Source: Gemmata obscuriglobus | GTDB taxonomy: Bacteria; Planctomycetota; Planctomycetia; Gemmatales; Gemmataceae | Reading direction: 5' to 3' | Assembly (NCBI RefSeq): GCF_008065095.1 | Contig: NZ_CP042911.1 | Coordinates: 7,560,001 to 7,592,000, forward strand | Length of the DNA: 32,000 bases | Shown: in pieces, positions 23,481-29,800 of the stretch | Layout: each line of letters starts with the position of its first letter | How positions within the stretch are numbered: position 1 is the first letter of the stretch | Translations under genes and position numbers: made by a program | Notes under the pieces: model-generated | Told to the model about the DNA's origin: nothing | Databases searched by the model: none | Seen by the model: only the letters and a program-made list of their open reading frames with translations

Positions 23481-24513
23481 GGCACACCCTCCGCGAAGCG
23501 CCCACCAGGTCCCGGACCGGTTCGGCCATCCGGGCGAGGGCCGCGGCCCGCTCCCGCGTGTCGTCGTCCTGGGCGGCCAGTGCGAGGGCGGCCAGGATGG
23601 TCTCGTCGTCGATCGGGATGTCCGACGGCTTGCCCTGGCGCGCGAGCAGGGCGCGGATCCGGGCCTTGATGAGCGGCACCGGGTCGAGGTCCGCCGGCGG
23701 GGCTTCGGCGAACCCGGCCGGTTTCCCCCGTTTGGTGGGTCGCTTGGCCGCCTTGAGGATCTTCTTGCCGCCCCAGGCCCCGAGCTTCCCGCCGAGCCCG
23801 CCCCCGAGGGCGGTGCCGAGCGCGAGCCCGAGCGGGCCGCCCAGGGCGGTGCCGGCGATCGCGCCCCACGCCATCCCGTTCAGCCCGGCGAGGATCCCGA
23901 CCGCCCCGGCCGTGGCCTTCTTCAGGAAGTCGGCCACCTTCGCGCCGAACCGCTGCCGGTCCCGGCCGTGCTGGGCGGTGATGTACGCGCTCTCCGCGGG
24001 CGTCGGGTCCGGCAGCTTCTGGCTGCCGGGCAACGGCGGGGCCTTCACGGGCGGCCTGATGGGGCGGGTGTAGTCGACGTCCGCGGCGTACGGCCCGAGC
24101 CTCTGGCCGCCCGCCCGGACCCGGTCGTACGCGGCCCGGTTCGCCGCGGCGGACGGGTCCCCGGACCGCGTTTTCTTCTTCCTCTTCGCGGGGGCGGCGA
24201 TGGCCCGGGGGCCGGCGGCCGCGCCGCCCGCGGCCGGCGCCGCCCAGGCGGCCGTTCCCGTGGGCCAGCCGGCGGGCGCGGGCTCGGAGGCGGAAGGCTT
24301 CGGCGCCGCGCCCTGTGGCGCCGGGGCCTTTTTCGCGGCCCCCTTCGCGGCGCGGTTGCCGACCCGCTGTTGGTGCCGCTGGTAGGCGTCGTTCGACAGC
24401 ACCCGGCCGCCGGCCGAGCGCCACTTGCCGCCGTCGATCTGCTGCCACTCCACCGCGAAGCAGTGGACGAGCAGGTGCGCGGCGCGGAGCAGCGGGTATG
24501 CGGTGCGGCTCAT
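23473..24513 (-). CDS. Basic protein with a glycine-zipper hydrophobic segment and a degenerate copy of the W-x2-W module (346 aa)
   Basis: I prefer ATG 24513 to the track TTG at 24522, which falls inside the -10-like hexamer of S4. The protein contains HCFAVEWQQIDGGKWRSAGGRVLSNDAYQRH and GAVGILAGLNGMAWGAIAGTALGGPLGLALGTALGGGLGG. Confidence 0.55.
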   Translation of the reverse strand: MSRTAYPLLRAAHLLVHCFAVEWQQIDGGKWRSAGGRVLSNDAYQRHQQRVGNRAAKGAAKKAPAPQGAAPKPSASEPAPAGWPTGTAAWAAPAAGGAAAGPRAIAAPAKRKKKTRSGDPSAAANRAAYDRVRAGGQRLGPYAADVDYTRPIRPPVKAPPLPGSQKLPDPTPAESAYITAQHGRDRQRFGAKVADFLKKATAGAVGILAGLNGMAWGAIAGTALGGPLGLALGTALGGGLGGKLGAWGGKKILKAAKRPTKRGKPAGFAEAPPADLDPVPLIKARIRALLARQGKPSDIPIDDETILAALALAAQDDDTRERAAALARMAEPVRDLVGASRRVCRA

Positions 24514-24520
24514 GGCACCC

Positions 24521-24550
24521 AAGTTAACGGGCCGGGTTGCCCGGATACCG
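24521..24550 (-). promoter_or_regulatory. Late promoter-like motif S4 (CGGTAT-N18-TAACTT; diverged hexamers, conserved spacer core)
   Basis: The minus strand reads CGGTAT CCGGGCAACCCGGCCCGT TAACTT, then 7 nt, then ATG 24513. Confidence 0.4.
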
Positions 24551-24696
24551 AGCTAGTTTGCGGCAGACATCGCACCTTGGCGCACCTTATACTGCGCTGG
24601 TCTAATCCTTTGCTTTTGACTGCCGCGTGTACTCACGGTGCCTAACCCATTGCGCGACCGCACCACCGCGCGAACCACCACTGCAAAGCAGAGGCT

Positions 24697-25872
24697 ATGT
24701 CAGAAAAAGTCAAAATACTCTTCCTAGCAGCAAATCCGTCGGACCTGACACAGTTGCAGCTGGACGAAGAAATTAGAGCAATTCAGGGCAAAATCCGATC
24801 TGCTGACTTCAGCAGTAACTTCGACCTTGTCTCACGCTGGGGGGTGCGGCCCAGCGACTTGATTCAGGCTTTTAACGAAGTACGCCCTCACATAGTCCAT
24901 TTCAGCGGGCACGGTAGCCGTACTGCTGAACTTGCCCTCAAGAGCGATGATGGGACGACTAAGCCTGTAACTGCCGCAGCACTTGTGAGTCTTTTCAGAA
25001 GCGCGGGTAGCAGTGTACAACTGGTCGTCCTCAACGCCTGCCACTCCGACGCGCAAGCACACGCCCTAAGTCGAGAAGTCGAATGCACCATTGGAATGAA
25101 CGCCGAAATTGGGGACAATGCAGCGATAGCATTCGCTTCACGCTTTTATGGCTCTCTGGCATTTGGCCTTTCCGTCGGGCAAGCTTTCGAGCAGGGCAAA
25201 ACGGAACTGATGCTAGAAGGAATTCCCGAGGAGGATACGCCTGTTCTCCTATGCCGCCCTGACGCAACTCCTCACACGATTGCTTTCGTCAACCGAGTTC
25301 CGGTTAATCCGCTGCTACCGCCTTTGGCCTGGGAGATTCTTCAGCATGCGATAGACGGCAATGGCCCAGTCCAATTGAGCGAGTACGATGGTGGCGTTGT
25401 GGCCATGGCAGCTGGGACGCCGTTTGATAGCGGTTTCGACACCCAACAAGCCGCGCTGATCCGCGACTCGATCCGTCTCCTCTTGCAATGCCGCTGGCTT
25501 GAACGATCCGATCGCGAGCTTTTGCATGTTACGGCAGAGGGCTTCGAGGCGATTCGTAAACGCGCAGGTGCCCAAAGCCCAAGCTTCCTCAAAATCAAAG
25601 AGCAGATGCCCGCGCTTTTTGCAGAGATGAAGAAAGACCTGGAGAGCAAAGAAGGCAAGTTCGTGCGAGAGTTTTTCGTCATGAGCCGCCGCCACGCCCT
25701 CGGCGGCTCAGATAAGCCTCGATTTGTCTACTACGAAGAGGATCATTCCAACCTCCGCGGCCAGATTGACATCTTGGAAAACCAAGGCTACCTGACCGAC
25801 GTGACCCCGAAAAATGTACCTATTTACCGCATGAGCGAAGAGCTTGTGAGGCTGGTACTTAAATTTGGATAA
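24697..25872 (+). CDS. Minimal CHAT (caspase-like His-Cys) protease domain fused to an uncharacterised, possibly winged-helix-like, C-terminal half (391 aa); low-GC cargo gene
   Basis: The N-terminal 190 aa follow the CHAT pattern KILFLAANP.D...L.LDEEIR.I......FDLVSRWGVRPSDL...F....PHIVHFSGHG....L.L......LVVLNACHS.AQA......V.C.IGM...IGD.AAI.FA..FY..L..G.S...AF. The predicted dyad is His72 (CAC 24910-24912) and Cys115 (TGC 25039-25041). GC is about 50% against about 70% in the flanks. AGAGG SD. Confidence 0.8.
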   Translation: MSEKVKILFLAANPSDLTQLQLDEEIRAIQGKIRSADFSSNFDLVSRWGVRPSDLIQAFNEVRPHIVHFSGHGSRTAELALKSDDGTTKPVTAAALVSLFRSAGSSVQLVVLNACHSDAQAHALSREVECTIGMNAEIGDNAAIAFASRFYGSLAFGLSVGQAFEQGKTELMLEGIPEEDTPVLLCRPDATPHTIAFVNRVPVNPLLPPLAWEILQHAIDGNGPVQLSEYDGGVVAMAAGTPFDSGFDTQQAALIRDSIRLLLQCRWLERSDRELLHVTAEGFEAIRKRAGAQSPSFLKIKEQMPALFAEMKKDLESKEGKFVREFFVMSRRHALGGSDKPRFVYYEEDHSNLRGQIDILENQGYLTDVTPKNVPIYRMSEELVRLVLKFG

Positions 25873-25877
25873 GTCGC

Positions 25878-26894
25878 TTACCAGCTCCTTTCCACGCGGA
25901 CCACGCCCATCAGGTGCTTGCTAACCGGGGCGAAGCTGCACCGGCAGTTCCACACCCGCGAGCCGCGCACCTCGGCGAACGGGACACTCGACGGGAAGTA
26001 CTTGCCGATCTTGGGGCGGTGGTCGTCGCCGGTCCGGTCGTCGAGGACCCCCAAGTACTCCCAGGCCGGGAACCGCTCCCGCATGTCCGGGTCCGCGATC
26101 TCGTCCTGGGCGCCCTGGTTGTACGCGTCGAGCACGTTGGTCCGCACCACCATGTCCGCGTACTGCGGGTTCGCCACCGACACGCCGGCGTCGTCGAGGA
26201 CCTGCTCGACGTCCGGCACCGCGCTGGCGCCCGTTTGCAGCTGCTTCAGGATCGCCGCCTTGACCTTCTCCAGCACCGTCTGATCGCTGGCCACCGCGAG
26301 CGTGAACGCGTGCCGGTCGAGCTTGGCGCCGTACCGCGCCGTCCCCCCGCCCAGCGTCGGCACGAGGCGGCGGAAGTACTCGAGCGCGGTCGTGGGCTCC
26401 AGCACCGGGACCGCGTCGGTGAAGTCGTGGAACGGGTCGTCGGTGCCGGCGTCCGCGAACGCCACCCGCTCGGCCATCTCGGCCCGCCGGCGGATCCGCG
26501 CGCGGCCCATCAGGTCGGCGCTGGCCACGCACCGCGCCAGGGCCTCGGCGATCTGCCCCAGCTCGGCGTCGTCGAACAGCACCGGCGCCCCGAGCGGGTC
26601 CCCGGAGGTGAGCAGCCGCCGCACCGCCGACTCGCTGGCCGTGGCGAACACCTCGGCCCCGTCGGCCCGGGCGCGGGCCAGGAGCTGCGCGGCGCGGGCG
26701 CCGTCCGGTCCGGCCGGGGCGAACGCGTCCCCCTCCGCGAACCGCGCGAGCGGCGCGGGCTCAGTCAAAAAGCCCCGGACCTCGCTTCGCCACGACCGGA
26801 GCTGCTCCGGGGTCGTTGCCGGATAGCACGTTTCGCACTGCGGCGAGGGTCTTGGCCCGGAGCTGGGAGCGCCCGGCGTTGGTGGCGTCGGCAT
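25878..26894 (-). CDS. Head morphogenesis protein, Mu F / SPP1 gp7 family (338 aa from ATG 26894; start uncertain)
   Basis: The C-terminal VVRTNVLDAYNQG...FPAWEYLGVLDDRTGDDHRPKIGKYFP...VWNCRCSFAPV is the characteristic MuF/gp7 signature. ATG 26894 would overlap the giant ORF by 134 nt. An alternative TTG at 26768 would overlap by 8 nt. Confidence 0.75.
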   Translation of the reverse strand: MPTPPTPGAPSSGPRPSPQCETCYPATTPEQLRSWRSEVRGFLTEPAPLARFAEGDAFAPAGPDGARAAQLLARARADGAEVFATASESAVRRLLTSGDPLGAPVLFDDAELGQIAEALARCVASADLMGRARIRRRAEMAERVAFADAGTDDPFHDFTDAVPVLEPTTALEYFRRLVPTLGGGTARYGAKLDRHAFTLAVASDQTVLEKVKAAILKQLQTGASAVPDVEQVLDDAGVSVANPQYADMVVRTNVLDAYNQGAQDEIADPDMRERFPAWEYLGVLDDRTGDDHRPKIGKYFPSSVPFAEVRGSRVWNCRCSFAPVSKHLMGVVRVERSW

Positions 26895-29800
26895 AGTGCA
26901 CCGCGTACTCGTTCAGGAGGTCGGAGAGCGGCCCCTTGAGCCGGGCGCCGCGGTCGAAGTCGTCGAGGGCCGCGTCCGCCTTGTCGGCGATCGTGCGGTT
27001 CTGCTCGGTGGCGAGCCGGTTGCCGGCCACCGACTCGAGGGCCTGGGCGCGGCGCACGCTGGCCCCGAGGCGGAAGTCCTTGGCCTCCTTCGCCAGCTCG
27101 GCCCGCACGTACGCCTTGAGCTCGGCCCGGTGGAAGTAGACGCTCTCGTCCTGCTCGATCGGGCCGAACAGCGACTCCTGCGTGCGGCTCACCTTCGGGG
27201 CGTCGCGCATCTCCTGGGCCATCGCCTCGACCACCCGCGGGCCGGCCGCCCGCCCGGTCCGCTCCTCCTGCTTGACCAGCGCCGACAGGAGCCGCTGCTG
27301 GTCCAGGTGGTCGTCCAGGTGCCGGGCCACCGCGGCCGCCCGGTCCGGGTCGAGGGACCCGTGGGCCACCTGGCGGAACAGATCCGGGGCGAGCTTCACC
27401 AGGTCGGCGGCGTCGCGCGCCACCTGCCCCTTGAGCGAGATCCCGGCGGCCGCGAGGTCCGCGGCCGAGCGCCCCGTGTCGCGCAGGAACTTGGCCGCGT
27501 CCACCGCGGTGCCCCGGCCCTCGGCGATGTTGATCAGCGCCCCCTTGGCCCGGGCCTCCGCGGCGGTCCGGGCGGTCACGTACCGGACGCTCACGTCGCG
27601 GGCGCCGGTGCGGTTCGCGAGGTCGAGCCGGTGGTGCCCGTTCACCACGTACGTCTTCCCGTCGGCCGGGTCCTTCCAGACCGCCAGCACGCCCGCCAGC
27701 TCCGGGTCGAACGTGGTCACGTGCGCGAGCTCGGCGCCGACGCCCCGGGCGTTGGTGTTCAGCTTGAACTGGAACCGGCCCGGGTCCACCGCCACCCGGC
27801 CGGGCGCGACCTGGTACACCCGCCCGGGCTGCGGGCTCGCCGGCGGCGCGAACGGCGACCGGCCCGGTGCCCCCGCCGCGACGGCCCCCGGAGCCGGGGT
27901 GCCGCCGCGGCGCGCGCTGAGCTTCTGGAACGCGTCCAGGGTCAGGGACCGCTTCCCGCTCGGCGACACCATCCGGTCGCCCTGCCGGGTCCACTCGTGC
28001 CACGCGAACGCGTGCACCCGCTCGGAGTGGGGCACCACCTCGTCGTTCCCGGTGGCCCGCATCCCGGCGTCGGCGGCCTTGCGCCCGATCTTGCGGCCCA
28101 GGTACACGGTGCCCGCGACCGCCGCGGGGGCGGCGAGGAACCCGGCCAGCGGCGGGATCAGCCCGGCCCCGGCGGCCAGCACCGGCGCGGCCATCACGGC
28201 GGCCCCGCCCACCAGCGCCGCGCCCCACCACAGGAACGGCCGGGCCGCCCGCCCGAGGCGCGAGTTCGCCAGCCATTTGGCCGCGCCCCAGCCGGCCCGG
28301 ACCGCCTTCGGGGTGAGGCGCAGGGTTTCGCGGGCGAGCGCCAGCAGCCCCTGGCCCGTGCCGACGGCGGTGGACACGGCGGCGTCGGCCGCGTGCCCGG
28401 CCAGGGTGCGGGGCACGGCCAGCGCGGCCCGGCCCGCCGCGGTCACCGCCCCGGCGGCCCCGGAGATCAGGTTCGAGGCGGTCTGCCGGTCGTGGGCGCC
28501 GGCGCGAACGACGTCGCCCACCACCTCGCCGGCCAGCCGCCGGACGGTCCGGGGGGCCTTGACCGCCGCCCGCACCAGCCCGCCGGCGAACCGCCCCAGC
28601 GCCCCGACCACCAGCTTCGCCCCGCCGGCGGGCAGCTTGGCCAAATACCCGCCGAGCTTGAGCGCGAGGTCGCCGGCCGCGTCCACGTCCCGGCCGAGCG
28701 TGTCCTCCAGGAGGTTGCCCACTTCTTTGCGCTGGCCCTTGGGCATGCCCCGGGCGGCGTCGAGCCACGTGGAGCGGATGACCGGCCGCACCACCTCCGG
28801 GAGCGGCCCGAGCTTCTTCAACTCGGCCGCGGCGTGCGTCACCGCCTGCTTCCCGGCGTCGGCCACCTTCGCGGCCGCGGCGGGGTCGCTCCCCGCCCGG
28901 GCGGCGGCCGGGGCGAGTTCGGCGGCCTGCGCGGTGACGGCCTTGCGGATCCGGGTCCGGTTGATCTTCACGAGCCGCGGCGTGCGGGGGTCGGGCGGGC
29001 CGTCCTGGGCGTCCCGGCGGGCCTGCTGCGCGACCACCTCGCGCGCCCGCTCCGGGCTCACGCCCCGCTCGACCGTGCGCTTCACCCCGCCGCGCGGGCC
29101 GACGGTCTCGAACGTCAGGGTCCGCGGGGCCGTGGCCCGGCGGCCCACGCCGGCCTGGCGCTCGAGCGCGGCCCGGGCCCTGTCCCCATAAAGAACCTGC
29201 CCCTGATGCTCCGCGGTACCGACGGCCTTCACGCCCCCGGACCGGGTCCGCGCCGGCTGCCACCCGAACACGTCCCACGCCAGCCCGAGGCCTTCCGCCC
29301 GGTCGGCGAACGATTCGGCCTGCGCGGGCGCGTCCTCGTCGAGCGCCGCGGCGGTCGCCTCGTCCAGGTACTCGAGCAGGTCCGCCAGCAGCGCCGCGAG
29401 CTGCTCGTCGGTCAGGTCGATCGGGTGCCCGAGGGCGCGCTCCGCCTGCTCGCGGAACGCGACCACGAACCCGAGCGGGTCGTCGCCCGCGGCCTCGGCG
29501 AAGAACTTCCGCTGCGACGCCTGCCCCGGGCCGCGGTAGAAGTCCCGCCCGCCGGCCCGGTTGTTCGCGTTGCGGGCGGCGCCCACGGCCGCGCTCGGCC
29601 CCGCCACCATCCCCGCCCGGGCGGCCTTCAACTTGGCCCGGGCCTCCGCGCGGGCCACCGCCTTCGGCCCGCGGGTCTTGAGCAGGAGCGCGCGCTTCGC
29701 ACGGCTCAGGAGCCCGCCGCTGTTGGTGCCGAGCTCCTGGGCGCGGCGGGCCTCCATCGCCGCGTCCGCTTTGCGCACCGCGGTGCCGGCCCCGCGCGTC

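Noticed and set aside
25315-25695. Minus-strand ORFs inside the CHAT gene: 25315..25695, 25341..25682, 24832..25062 and 24888..25118.
   Set aside because: They are short, lack SD sequences, lie antisense to a gene with a clear family signature, and have odd composition.
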